Part shown: one piece after another, positions 33,790 to 46,605 of the stretch | Position numbering within the stretch: position 1 is the first letter of the stretch | Layout of the letters: each line of letters begins with the position of its first letter | Assembly (NCBI GenBank): GCA_003599485.1 | Contig: QZKM01000018.1 | Span: 278 to 64,277, forward strand | Length of the DNA: 64,000 nt | Origin: Gammaproteobacteria bacterium | GTDB taxonomy: Bacteria; Pseudomonadota; Gammaproteobacteria; SURF-13 | Reading direction: 5' to 3' | Made by a program: the position numbers and the translations under genes | Notes under the pieces: model-generated | The model's database searches: none | Told to the model about the DNA's origin: nothing | What the model saw: only the letters and a program-made list of their open reading frames with translations

Positions 33790-35106
33790 CTAAATTTGCC
33801 GGATGTTGAGGCCCGCGCCGCGCGCGAGATCGGCAAAACCGGGAAACGAGGTATTGACGTTGGCGCAGTCGCGTATCGTGATAGGCGCGCCGGCGCGCAG
33901 CGCCGCCATGGCGAAGGCCATGGCGACGCGATGGTCGCCGTGGCTGTCAACGTCGCCGCCGCGCAGCGCACCGCCCTGGATCACCATGCCGTCCGGCGTG
34001 GGCCGCGCACTGATGCCGAGGGCGTTGAGCCCGTCCGCCATTACCTGGATGCGGTCGCTTTCCTTGACGCGCAATTCATGCGCCCCTTGCAGCACGGTTT
34101 CACCCTGGGCGCACGCGGCGGCGATGAACAGCGCGGGGAACTCGTCTATCGCCAGCGGCACCTGCTCCACCGGAATGACGATGCCATGCAGCGGCGCTGC
34201 GCGCACACGGATGTCCGCCACTGGTTCGCCGCCCGCCGTGCGTTCATTCAGTAACTCAATATTCGCTCCCATCAGGCGCAGGATATTAACCACGCCGGTG
34301 CGGGTTGGATTGACGCCGGCGTGCTCCAGCATCACGTCTGATCCTGCGGCAATGCTCGCGCCCGCCATGAAGAACGCGGCGGAGGAAATATCCGCCGGTA
34401 CCATAATTCGCATGGCGCGCAGCTTGCCGCCGCCCTGCACGCACACCGTGTTGCCGAGGCGCGCCACCGGACAGCCGAAGCCCTGCAACATGCGTTCGGT
34501 GTGATCGCGCGCCGGCGCAGGCTCGGTCACGCAGGTGCGCCCCTGCGCGTACAACCCAGCCAGCAGCAAGGCAGATTTGACCTGCGCGCTCGCCACCGGC
34601 ATCGCATAGTCTATGCCTCGCAGCTCCGTATTGCCGTAGATGATAAGGGGTGCGGTGCCATCCGGACTTGCCTCGATGCGTGCGCCCATGCGCGTCAGCG
34701 GTTCAATCACGCGCTTCATGGGGCGGCGCGTAAGTGAAGCGTCGCCTGTCAATGTCGCGGAAAACGGTTGAGCGGCGAGCAGGCCGCACAGCAGGCGCAT
34801 GGAGGTGCCCGAATTGCCGAGATCCAGAGGTTTATGCGGCGTGCGCAAACCGTGCATACCCGCGCCGTGGATAATCACGCGCCCCGGCTCCGGGCGCTCG
34901 ATTTTCACGCCCATGACGCGAAACGCCTCCAGCGTTGCCAGACAGTCTTCGCCTTCCAGAAAGCCGCTCACCTCGGTGACGCCTTCCGCCAGCGCGCCGA
35001 GCATGATGGAACGGTGCGAGATGGACTTATCGCCCGGCACGCGCACGCGGCCGCTGAGCTTGCCGCCGGGCATAATCTGATAAGTGATGGACGATGCAGT
35101 GCTCAC
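33790..35106 (-). CDS. aroA: EPSP synthase
   Basis: PGDKSISHR, GNSGTSMR, SAQVKS, RVKESDR, DHRVAM. Confidence 0.98.
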   Translation of the reverse strand: MSTASSITYQIMPGGKLSGRVRVPGDKSISHRSIMLGALAEGVTEVSGFLEGEDCLATLEAFRVMGVKIERPEPGRVIIHGAGMHGLRTPHKPLDLGNSGTSMRLLCGLLAAQPFSATLTGDASLTRRPMKRVIEPLTRMGARIEASPDGTAPLIIYGNTELRGIDYAMPVASAQVKSALLLAGLYAQGRTCVTEPAPARDHTERMLQGFGCPVARLGNTVCVQGGGKLRAMRIMVPADISSAAFFMAGASIAAGSDVMLEHAGVNPTRTGVVNILRLMGANIELLNERTAGGEPVADIRVRAAPLHGIVIPVEQVPLAIDEFPALFIAAACAQGETVLQGAHELRVKESDRIQVMADGLNALGISARPTPDGMVIQGGALRGGDVDSHGDHRVAMAFAMAALRAGAPITIRDCANVNTSFPGFADLARGAGLNIRQI

Positions 35107-35966
35107 GGATAACGCTCGTCGCGCGCACGCTTGGCACGGGTAAAAATGGCCGTCAGCGCCGCGCCGTCGTTCGTGCTGATCGCGGCGGCGATGCGCTCAA
35201 GTTCTTGCTGATAATTCTGCAACGCATCCAGCAGGGCCTCGCGGTTGGCGAGACAGATGTCGCGCCACATCGCGGGGTCGCTGGCCGCGATGCGGGTGAA
35301 ATCGCGCAGGCCGCCGGCGGCGTTTTTCAATATTTCACCGCCGTTGCCGGCGTCGAGCCGCGCCAGATTATCCATCAGCGCATAGGCCAGAACGTGCGGC
35401 AGATGACTGGTGACGGCGAGAATCTCATCGTGCTGTTTGGCGCTCATCTCGCTCACTGCCGCGCCCGCGCTTTGCCACATCGCGCGCACCTGCGCCAGCG
35501 CCTCTGGGCTGGTCTCCGCGAGCGGGGTCAAAATCACGCGCTGATTTTTAAACAGTGTGGCAAAAGAGGCCTCCACCCCGCTCTTTTCCGTGCCCGCGAT
35601 GGGGTGGCCCGGCACGAAATTTCGCGGGACGCTGTGAAACACCGCGCGCGCGTCTTCAATCACGCTCTGCTTGGCGCTGCCCGCGTCGGTGATGACGGCC
35701 TGCGCGGAAATATTGGACGCTATCCGCCGCAGCACCTCGCGCGTCGCGCCGGTCGGCACGGCAAGCACAATCATGTCGGCGCCCGCTACCGCCCGCGCAA
35801 GATCGGTTTCATACCTGTCTATCACGCCCAGCGCCACGGCCTTTTGCAATTGAGCGGCGTCGCGCGCGCAGCCGACGATTTCATTGCACGCCTTGGCCGC
35901 CTTGAGCGCCCGCGCCAGCGAACCGCCGATGAGCCCCACGCCGATGATGGCCAGCCTATTTATCAT
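35103..35966 (-). CDS. tyrA: Prephenate/arogenate dehydrogenase
   Basis: GVGLIGGS, HPIAGTE, SHLPH, DFTRIAAS. Confidence 0.94.
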   Translation of the reverse strand: MINRLAIIGVGLIGGSLARALKAAKACNEIVGCARDAAQLQKAVALGVIDRYETDLARAVAGADMIVLAVPTGATREVLRRIASNISAQAVITDAGSAKQSVIEDARAVFHSVPRNFVPGHPIAGTEKSGVEASFATLFKNQRVILTPLAETSPEALAQVRAMWQSAGAAVSEMSAKQHDEILAVTSHLPHVLAYALMDNLARLDAGNGGEILKNAAGGLRDFTRIAASDPAMWRDICLANREALLDALQNYQQELERIAAAISTNDGAALTAIFTRAKRARDERYP

Positions 35967-37063
35967 TCTTCCAGTACCTTTTCCAGCGCGCCCAGGAAAC
36001 GCGCGTTTTCCTCATGCGTGCCAATGGTCACGCGCAAATGCCGCGGCATACCATAGTTCGCCACCGGACGCACAATCACACCCTCGCGCAGCAGACCTTC
36101 ATAGACCGGCTGGGCGGGACGTTCTACGTCCACGCTGATGAAATTCGCCAGCGAGGGGATGAAACTCAGGCGCAGGCGCGTGAACGCCTGCGTGAGTTGC
36201 GCCATGCCGGCGCGATTCAGCGCCACGCTGCGCGCGAGATGCTCCCTGTCTTCCAGCGCGGCCAGCGCCGCCGCCTGCGCCAGCGAATTCACGTTAAACG
36301 GCTGGCGCACGCGGTTCAGCAGGTCAGCCACTTCCGGATGCGACACACCGTATCCCACACGCAGGCCGGCCAGGCCATAGGCCTTGGAGAAGGTGCGCGT
36401 GGTAACCAGATTCGCGTAGCGCGCCACCCAAGGCAGCGTATCGGGGTAGCGCGTTTCACTGTCAATGGCGTATTCATAATACGCTTCGTCTATCACCACC
36501 AGCGCGTGGCGCGGCACGGCGCGCACGAAGGCTTCCAGACTTTCCCGGTCCAACCAGGTGCCGGTGGGGTTGTTGGGATTGGCGATGAAGATCACGCGCG
36601 TACGGTCGCCGATTAAACCGCGCATGGCGTCGAGATCATGGCCGAAATCGCGCGCCGGCGCGACACGCGCGGTCGCGCCCACCGCCTGGGTGACGATGGG
36701 ATACACGGCGAAGGAATGCTCGGAGAAAATTACCTCATGCTCCGGCGTGACGAAGGCGCGCGTGAGCAGTTCCAAAATATCGTTGGAGCCGTTGCCGAGC
36801 GTGATCTGCTCCGGCGTCACGCCGTGTTTGCGCGAAAGCGCCTGTTTCAACTCGAACCCCGCGCCGTCGGGATAGCGCGCCAGTTCCGGCAGGGCCGCGC
36901 GCGCCGCCTCCAGCGCGCACGGGGCGGGGCCAAGCGGGTTTTCATTCGAGGCCAGTTTGATAATGCCGCTCACGCCGTATTCGCGCTGCAATTCGGCGAT
37001 GGGCTTGCCGGGGATATAGGGTTGCAGCCGGCGCACGCCCGGCGCGGCGAGTTCAGTGAACAT
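35963..37063 (-). CDS. hisC: Histidinol-phosphate / aromatic aminotransferase
   Basis: KLASNENP, NPNNPTG, DEAY, RTFSKAYGLAGLRVG. Confidence 0.95.
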   Translation of the reverse strand: MFTELAAPGVRRLQPYIPGKPIAELQREYGVSGIIKLASNENPLGPAPCALEAARAALPELARYPDGAGFELKQALSRKHGVTPEQITLGNGSNDILELLTRAFVTPEHEVIFSEHSFAVYPIVTQAVGATARVAPARDFGHDLDAMRGLIGDRTRVIFIANPNNPTGTWLDRESLEAFVRAVPRHALVVIDEAYYEYAIDSETRYPDTLPWVARYANLVTTRTFSKAYGLAGLRVGYGVSHPEVADLLNRVRQPFNVNSLAQAAALAALEDREHLARSVALNRAGMAQLTQAFTRLRLSFIPSLANFISVDVERPAQPVYEGLLREGVIVRPVANYGMPRHLRVTIGTHEENARFLGALEKVLEE

Positions 37064-37069
37064 GTTTTT

Positions 37070-38137
37070 TTACAGTACTGCCCTGGGATAGGCGCCGAGA
37101 ATTTTCACCAGCACGCCGTCCGCTTCCAGTTCGGACAGCGCCTGCGTCACTTTCGCGTCCTGCGCGTGACCTTCGATGTCCACAAAGAACACGTAATTCC
37201 ACAGGCCCTGACGTGACGGGCGCGACTCGATGCGGGTGAGCGAAATGGCGTGCCTGGCGAACGGCTGCAACAGGCGATGCAGCGCGCCGGGGCGGTTCGA
37301 GGTAGCCAGCAACAACGAGGTTTTATCCTGCCCGCTGGGTGGCACGGCCTGCTTGCCGACTACCAGAAAGCGCGTGGTGTTGTCGGGATTATCCTCGATG
37401 TTGGCGGCGATAATGTTCAGTTGATAAATCTGCGCCGCCTGCTCACCGGCGATGGCCGCGGCGCCCGGCTCGGCGGTGGCGCGGCGCGCGCCCTCGGCGT
37501 TGCTGCTCACGCTCAGCCGTTCGATGCCGGGCAGATGCGCCTCCAGCCACTGGTGGCATTGTCCCAGCGACTGCGGGTGGGCATAGATGCGCCGCACCTC
37601 GCCCAATGCCGCCATCTTGCCCATGAGCTGCTGATGGATGCGCAATTCAACCTCGCCGCAAATCTGGAGCGACGAGTGCATGAACATGTCCAGGGTATGA
37701 TCCACCACGCCCTCGGTGGAATTTTCCACCGGCGCCACGCCGTAGGCCGCGGCATCCGCCTCTACCTCGCGGAACACCTCCTCGATCGAGGACAGCGCGC
37801 GGGTTTCAATCGCGTGGCCAAAGTGCTTAAGCGCGGCGTTTTGGGTGAAGGTGCCTTCCGGCCCCAGGTAGGCGACGCGCGTGGTCTGTTCCATGGCGCG
37901 GCAGGCGGACATGATCTCGCGGAAGATGCGCGTGATGTGCTCGCCGCTCAGCGGCCCCTGGTTGCGCTTCAGCGCCTGGCGCAGCACCTCGGCCTCGCGC
38001 TCCGGACGGTAGGGTTGCGCGCCGTTTTTCAGCCGCGCGATCTCCAGCGCGTAGCGCGCGCGTTCGTTAAGCAAGGTCTGGATTTTTTCATCCAGCTCGT
38101 CAATGCGCACGCGCAACGATTGGAGTTTGTCGTTCAT
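37070..38137 (-). CDS. pheA: Chorismate mutase / prephenate dehydratase (P-protein)
   Basis: LRVRIDELD, LGPEGTF, PVENSTEG, NTTRF, IESRPS ACT domain. Confidence 0.97.
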   Translation of the reverse strand: MNDKLQSLRVRIDELDEKIQTLLNERARYALEIARLKNGAQPYRPEREAEVLRQALKRNQGPLSGEHITRIFREIMSACRAMEQTTRVAYLGPEGTFTQNAALKHFGHAIETRALSSIEEVFREVEADAAAYGVAPVENSTEGVVDHTLDMFMHSSLQICGEVELRIHQQLMGKMAALGEVRRIYAHPQSLGQCHQWLEAHLPGIERLSVSSNAEGARRATAEPGAAAIAGEQAAQIYQLNIIAANIEDNPDNTTRFLVVGKQAVPPSGQDKTSLLLATSNRPGALHRLLQPFARHAISLTRIESRPSRQGLWNYVFFVDIEGHAQDAKVTQALSELEADGVLVKILGAYPRAVL

Positions 38138-38145
38138 AACAAATT

Positions 38146-38223
38146 AGGGGAAAGGGACAAGGGAAAACGCAAACCCCAGTGTGCTGCCACCCCCTTTCCT
38201 CTTGTATCTTTGCCCTTTTCCCT
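38146..38223. repeat. Inverted arrays of degenerate 7-mer tandem repeats (AGGGRMA-type)
   Basis: AGGGGAA AGGGACA AGGGAAA ... CCCCTTT CCTCTTG TATCTTT GCCCTTT TCCCT between pheA and serA. Confidence 0.65.
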
Positions 38224-38226
38224 GCT

Positions 38227-39390
38227 TCACAATGTTCTCACCGACAGCACGCCGTTGATGGCGGCGATTTCCTTCACCGCTGCATCAGGGATCGGCTTGT
38301 TCACGTCGGCCAGGGTATAGGCGTAGTCGCCACGCGACTTGTTGAGCAAATCCACGATGTTGAGATCGGCCTTGGCCATGGCGGTGGAGATTTGCCCCAC
38401 CATGTTCGGCACGTTGGCGTTGGCGATGGCGATGCGGTAGCCTTCTGTGCGCGGCATCACCACTTCGGGATAGTTCACCGAGTTGCGGATGTTGCCGTTC
38501 TCCAGGAAATCTCGCACCTGTTCCGCGACCATGATGGCGCAATTGTCCTCCGCCTCGGCGGTGGAGGCGCCGAGGTGCGGCAGCGCGATGACGCGCGCGT
38601 GGTTCCTGAAAATGTTGGCCGGGAAATCGCATACATAGGCGTGAATCTTTCCGGCGTCCAGCGCCTCCTTGAGCGCCTTGTCGTCCACGATGCCTTCGCG
38701 CGCGAAATTGAGCAGCACCGCGCCCTTTTTCATCAACTTCAGGCGCTGTGCATTGATGAGATGCCGCGTCGCGTCCGCGAGCGGCACGTGCAGGGTGAGG
38801 AAATCCACCCTGGACGCGAGATCGTCCACGCTCGCCGCCTGCTGCACCTCGGAAGACAGTTTCCACGCGCCCTGCACGGTGATGCCCGGGTCAAAACCGA
38901 TCACCTTCATGCCGAGCGCGAGCGCGCTGTTCGCCACCTCGCGCCCGATGGCGCCGAGACCGATCACGCCCAGCGTGCGGTATTGCAGTTCAAACCCGGC
39001 GTAATCCTTTTTGCCCGCCTCGACCAGCCTGTTGAGGGTGGCATCATCGCCGTCCAGTTTGCGCGCAAAGTCCCACGCCTGGCAGATGTTGCGCGCGGCC
39101 AGCAGCATACCCGCCAGCACCAGTTCCTTCACCGCGTTGGCGTTGGCGCCGGGCGCGTTGAACACCGGCACGCCCAGCCTGGCGAACTTTTCCACCGGAA
39201 TGTTATTCACCCCTGCCCCCGCGCGCCCCACGGCCTTGACGCTTTTCGGCGGTTCCATCTTGTGCATGTCGGCGGAACGCAGCAGGATGGCGTCCGGCTG
39301 CTGAATTTCGGAAGCCACTTCATAGTTTTCGCGCGGCAGACGTTCCAGGCCAACCGGAGAAATGTTATTCAGGGTCAGGATTTTGTACAT
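38227..39390 (-). CDS. serA: D-3-phosphoglycerate dehydrogenase with ACT domain
   Basis: RAGAGVNNI, GLGAIG, NFAR, PHLGAST; downstream of serC. Confidence 0.93.
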   Translation of the reverse strand: MYKILTLNNISPVGLERLPRENYEVASEIQQPDAILLRSADMHKMEPPKSVKAVGRAGAGVNNIPVEKFARLGVPVFNAPGANANAVKELVLAGMLLAARNICQAWDFARKLDGDDATLNRLVEAGKKDYAGFELQYRTLGVIGLGAIGREVANSALALGMKVIGFDPGITVQGAWKLSSEVQQAASVDDLASRVDFLTLHVPLADATRHLINAQRLKLMKKGAVLLNFAREGIVDDKALKEALDAGKIHAYVCDFPANIFRNHARVIALPHLGASTAEAEDNCAIMVAEQVRDFLENGNIRNSVNYPEVVMPRTEGYRIAIANANVPNMVGQISTAMAKADLNIVDLLNKSRGDYAYTLADVNKPIPDAAVKEIAAINGVLSVRTL

Positions 39391-39406
39391 GTAGTCCTCT
39401 TAAACA

Positions 39407-39480
39407 AGTGGCTAGTGGCTAGTAGCTAGGTAATACACTGTATGCTTTTTCTCGTTACTAGCGACTAGCCACTCGCCACT
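39407..39480. repeat. Inverted arrays of 7-mer tandem repeats (AGTGGCT)
   Basis: AGTGGCT AGTGGCT AGTAGCT ... CGTTACT AGCGACT AGCCACT CGCCACT between serA and serC. Confidence 0.8.
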
Positions 39481-39484
39481 GCTT

Positions 39485-40570
39485 TTAAGCATTCCGCCGC
39501 GCAAACTCGCGCATGAATTCGATCAAGGTGTCCACGCCTTTTTCCGGCATGGCGTTGTAGATGCTGGCGCGCATGCCCCCCACCGAGCGGTGACCGGCAA
39601 GCGCCACCAGGCCGGTTTTTTTCGCCTCGGCCATGAAGGTCTCGTCCAGCTTGGGATCTTGCAGCGTGAACGGCACGTTCATCCATGAGCGGCAGGACTT
39701 TTCCACCGGATTGCGGTAAAACCCGCCGGAGTTGTCTATCGCGGCGTACAGCTTGTCCGCCTTGCGTTTGTTACGTTCACCCATTGCGGTCAGACCGCCG
39801 TTACGCTTCAACCATTGAAACACCAGGCCCGCAACGTACCAAGCGTAAGTGGGTGGAGTGTTGTACATGGAGCCGTTATCGGCGTGGGTTTTGTAATCGA
39901 ACATGAGCGGCGTGCCGGGCAGGATTTGTCCCATCAAATCCTCGCGTACGATCACCAGCGTCAGCCCCGCCGGGCCGATGTTTTTCTGCGCACCGGCGTA
40001 AATCACGCCGAAACGGCTCACGTCCAGCGGACGCGACAAAATGGTGGACGACAAATCCGCCACCAGCGGCACGCCGTGCGTGTCCGGTATGGTGTGAAAC
40101 TCCACGCCGCGGATGGTTTCATTCGGCGTGTAGTGCACGTAGGCGGCGTTGGGATTCAGCTTCCACGCCGCGCGCTCCGGGATGCAGGTGAAATTTTTAT
40201 CCTCGGAACTGGCCGCGACATTCACCTTGCAATAGCGCTTGGCCTCGGCGATGGCCTTTTGCGACCAGTCGCCGGTGTTGAGATAGTCCGCCGTGTCCTT
40301 GCCGCGCAGCAGGTTCATCGGCGCCATGGCGAACTGCGCCGTCGCGCCGCCCTGCAGGAACAGCACCTTGTAGTTGCCCGGCGCCGCCAGCAGTTCGCGC
40401 ACGTCCTTTTCCGCCTGCCCGGCGATGGCCATGAAGTCCTTGCCGCGATGGCTCATCTCCATCACCGACATGCCGGACTTGCCCCATTCCAGCATTTCAT
40501 CCCTGGCCTGTTGCAGCACCTCTTCCGGCAGCACCGCCGGCCCCGCACTGAAATTGAATACGCGTGCCAT
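39485..40570 (-). CDS. serC: Phosphoserine aminotransferase
   Basis: FNFSAGPA, EMSHR, AGAQKNIGP, GHRSVGG.RAS.YNA. Confidence 0.98.
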   Translation of the reverse strand: MARVFNFSAGPAVLPEEVLQQARDEMLEWGKSGMSVMEMSHRGKDFMAIAGQAEKDVRELLAAPGNYKVLFLQGGATAQFAMAPMNLLRGKDTADYLNTGDWSQKAIAEAKRYCKVNVAASSEDKNFTCIPERAAWKLNPNAAYVHYTPNETIRGVEFHTIPDTHGVPLVADLSSTILSRPLDVSRFGVIYAGAQKNIGPAGLTLVIVREDLMGQILPGTPLMFDYKTHADNGSMYNTPPTYAWYVAGLVFQWLKRNGGLTAMGERNKRKADKLYAAIDNSGGFYRNPVEKSCRSWMNVPFTLQDPKLDETFMAEAKKTGLVALAGHRSVGGMRASIYNAMPEKGVDTLIEFMREFARRNA

Positions 40571-40596
40571 AATGACGCTTGTTCTCCGTTATTTTT

Positions 40597-43167
<2,571 letters not shown>

Positions 43168-43283
43168 CGGAGTGAGTGCGGCGGCGGGCTGGAGAATTAT
43201 AGTGAAGGGGCTGAATCACAGCGTAATTTTAGCATAATTCCATGTCCGCCCGCACCCGGAAAATAGGACAAAATGAACCCGCT

Positions 43284-44327
<1,044 letters not shown>

Positions 44328-44418
44328 GAGTGCTTCATATTAACGAATTAAAACAATAACTTGATTGATAATTGCGGGCGCGGAACAAATCCTAAATTTA
44401 ACAAAATACGGGATTTTT

Positions 44419-44432
44419 TTGATACAAATCAA
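44419..44432. promoter_or_regulatory. FNR-family binding site, class II position upstream of ompA
   Basis: Perfect TTGAT-ACAA-ATCAA; TATAAT at 44456-44461 puts its centre near -42. Confidence 0.75.
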
Positions 44433-44538
44433 TTGTTTTTTACTTGTGAAGTCACTATAATTAAATTTTAGGCCTAAAGTAGCATGCTTCACTACTATAA
44501 CCGAATACTCAGCCCACGGCTAAGAAGGAGTCACAACA

Positions 44539-45213
44539 ATGACCAAAACCATCAAGAATTTCATGCTGGGAAGTATCATGGCCATCAGCCCGCTCCTTGG
44601 CTTTAACACCGCTTATGCGGGAGAGATCTCCGGCAACCACGCTTACGTGGTGGATGCGGGAGGCACGCTGGTCAGAGACGGCTCAGAGAAGTGTATTCGC
44701 ACCGGCTCGTGGGGCGATTCGGTACACTTCCTGGTTGAATGTGGCGACGCCGTGGAGCAGCCGGCGGCGGAGCCCGCCCCGGCCGCCAAGCCTCCAAAAG
44801 GTCCTCAACCCCCCGCCATCCGCGCCACCTTGCAGACCGACGCTTACTTTGACTTCGACAAGGCCATTTTGAAACCGGAAGGCCAGGCCAAGCTGGATGA
44901 GTTCGTGGTCAAAATGAATGAATACACCCAGGTGGACGTGCTGCTGGTCACCGGGCATACCGACCGCATCGGCGCCGAGGCTTACAACATGAGATTGTCA
45001 CAGCGCCGCGCGGACGCCGTGAAGTCCTATCTGGTCAGCAAGGGCGTGGCCTCACACCGCATCGAAACCGACGCCAAGGGCGAGTCACAGCCGGTAGTGG
45101 AATGCGCCCACGTCAAGGGCAAGGAGAATCGCCATAACAAGGCCCTGATAGATTGCCTGGCGCCGAATCGGCGTGTCGTGGTCGAGGCCAAGGTGCAGCG
45201 CGAACAACGCTGA
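44539..45213 (+). CDS. OmpA/RmpM-family peptidoglycan-binding protein
   Basis: SD AAGGAG, signal peptide, FDFDKA, GHTDRIG..YN..LS.RRA, NRRV. Confidence 0.92.
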   Translation: MTKTIKNFMLGSIMAISPLLGFNTAYAGEISGNHAYVVDAGGTLVRDGSEKCIRTGSWGDSVHFLVECGDAVEQPAAEPAPAAKPPKGPQPPAIRATLQTDAYFDFDKAILKPEGQAKLDEFVVKMNEYTQVDVLLVTGHTDRIGAEAYNMRLSQRRADAVKSYLVSKGVASHRIETDAKGESQPVVECAHVKGKENRHNKALIDCLAPNRRVVVEAKVQREQR

Positions 45214-45240
45214 TACGAAATCTTGAAATAGCAGTATCAT

Positions 45241-45267
45241 AAGCCCCGCCCTCGCGGGGCTTTTTTT
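45241..45267 (+). terminator. Rho-independent terminator after the ompA-like gene
   Basis: AAGCCCCGC-CCTC-GCGGGGCTT followed by a T run. Confidence 0.88.
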
Positions 45268-45294
45268 ATCCGGGGAAAGACTTCAAGCGCCATC

Positions 45295-46605
45295 ATGCAG
45301 CAGATTGATTTAATCGTCCACGCGCGCTGGGTGATCCCGGTGGAGCCCGCGGGCGTGCTGGAACACCACTGCGTGGCGGTGCATGAAGGGCGCATCGCAG
45401 CAGTGCTGCCCAGCACGGACGCTTCGATGCGCTACCGGGCCGCGGACATCCTGCATCTTCCCGATCACGCACTGATTCCGGGCCTTATTAACGCGCACAC
45501 CCACGCCGCCATGTCGCTGCTGCGCGGGCTGGCCGATGACCTGCCGCTGATGGAGTGGCTGAACAAGCACATCTGGCCCGCCGAAAGCGCCTGGGTCAAC
45601 CCTGAATTCGTACACGACGGCGCCGGGCTTGCCGTCGCGGAAATGCTGCGCGGCGGCGTCACCTGCTTTAACGACATGTATTTCTTCCCGGATGTCACCG
45701 CGCGCGTCGCCGCGCGCTGCGGCATGCGCGCCAACGTCGGATTGATCGTGCTGGACTTCTCTACCGCCTGGGCGAGCAACGCGGACGACTATCTGCACAA
45801 GGGCATCGCGCTGCACGACTTGCTGCGCAATGAGCCGCTGCTCAGCGTCAGCTTCGCACCGCATGCGCCGTATACGGTGTCCGACGCGCCGCTGCAAGAC
45901 ATCGTTAAATACGCGGAAGAGATGAACCTGCAAATACACATGCACGTGCACGAGACCGCCGAGGAGGTGCGCCAGGGAGTGGATAAATACGGCACACGCC
46001 CGCTGCAACGTTTGCAGGAGCTAGGGCTGCTGTCGCCCTCGCTCATGGCGGTGCACATGACGCAACTGACCGATGAAGAGATCGCGCAGGTTGCGCGGAG
46101 CGGCGCGCACGTGCTGCACTGCCCGGAATCCAACCTCAAACTGGCAAGCGGCTTCTGCCCGGTGGACAAACTCATCAAGGCCGGCGTGAACGTGGCCATC
46201 GGCACCGACGGCGCGGCGAGCAATAATGACCTGGATATGTGGAGTGAAATGCGGAGCGCGGCGCTGCTCGCCAAGGGCGTGAGCGGCGACGCCACCAGCG
46301 TGCCCGCCGCAGAGGCCCTGCGCATGGCGACGATCAACGGCGCGCGCGCGCTGGGATTGGAGGACAAAACCGGTTCCCTGCAACCCGGCAAGGCCGCCGA
46401 TATGACCGCGGTGCATTTAGGCGCAATCGAAACCCAGCCGCTGTATGACCCCGTGTCGCAACTGGTGTATGCGGCGGGGCGTCATCAGGTGACCGATGTC
46501 TGGGTGGCCGGGCGGCGCCTGCTGCGCGAACGCAAACTCACCACCCTCGATGAGCAGGCCATCCTCGCCAGGGCCGCGCAATGGCGGGATAAGATAAGAC
46601 CCTAG
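45295..46605 (+). CDS. mtaD: TRZ/ATZ-family amidohydrolase (5-methylthioadenosine/SAH deaminase-like)
   Basis: PGLINAHTH, HVHET, HCPESNLKL, GTDGAASNN; mtnA/ubiG neighbourhood. Confidence 0.85.
   Translation: MQQIDLIVHARWVIPVEPAGVLEHHCVAVHEGRIAAVLPSTDASMRYRAADILHLPDHALIPGLINAHTHAAMSLLRGLADDLPLMEWLNKHIWPAESAWVNPEFVHDGAGLAVAEMLRGGVTCFNDMYFFPDVTARVAARCGMRANVGLIVLDFSTAWASNADDYLHKGIALHDLLRNEPLLSVSFAPHAPYTVSDAPLQDIVKYAEEMNLQIHMHVHETAEEVRQGVDKYGTRPLQRLQELGLLSPSLMAVHMTQLTDEEIAQVARSGAHVLHCPESNLKLASGFCPVDKLIKAGVNVAIGTDGAASNNDLDMWSEMRSAALLAKGVSGDATSVPAAEALRMATINGARALGLEDKTGSLQPGKAADMTAVHLGAIETQPLYDPVSQLVYAAGRHQVTDVWVAGRRLLRERKLTTLDEQAILARAAQWRDKIRP

Noticed and set aside
38146..39480. Short repeats as a possible CRISPR array
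   Set aside because: Units are 7 bp with no spacers and there are no cas genes; no CRISPR array was seen anywhere in the window
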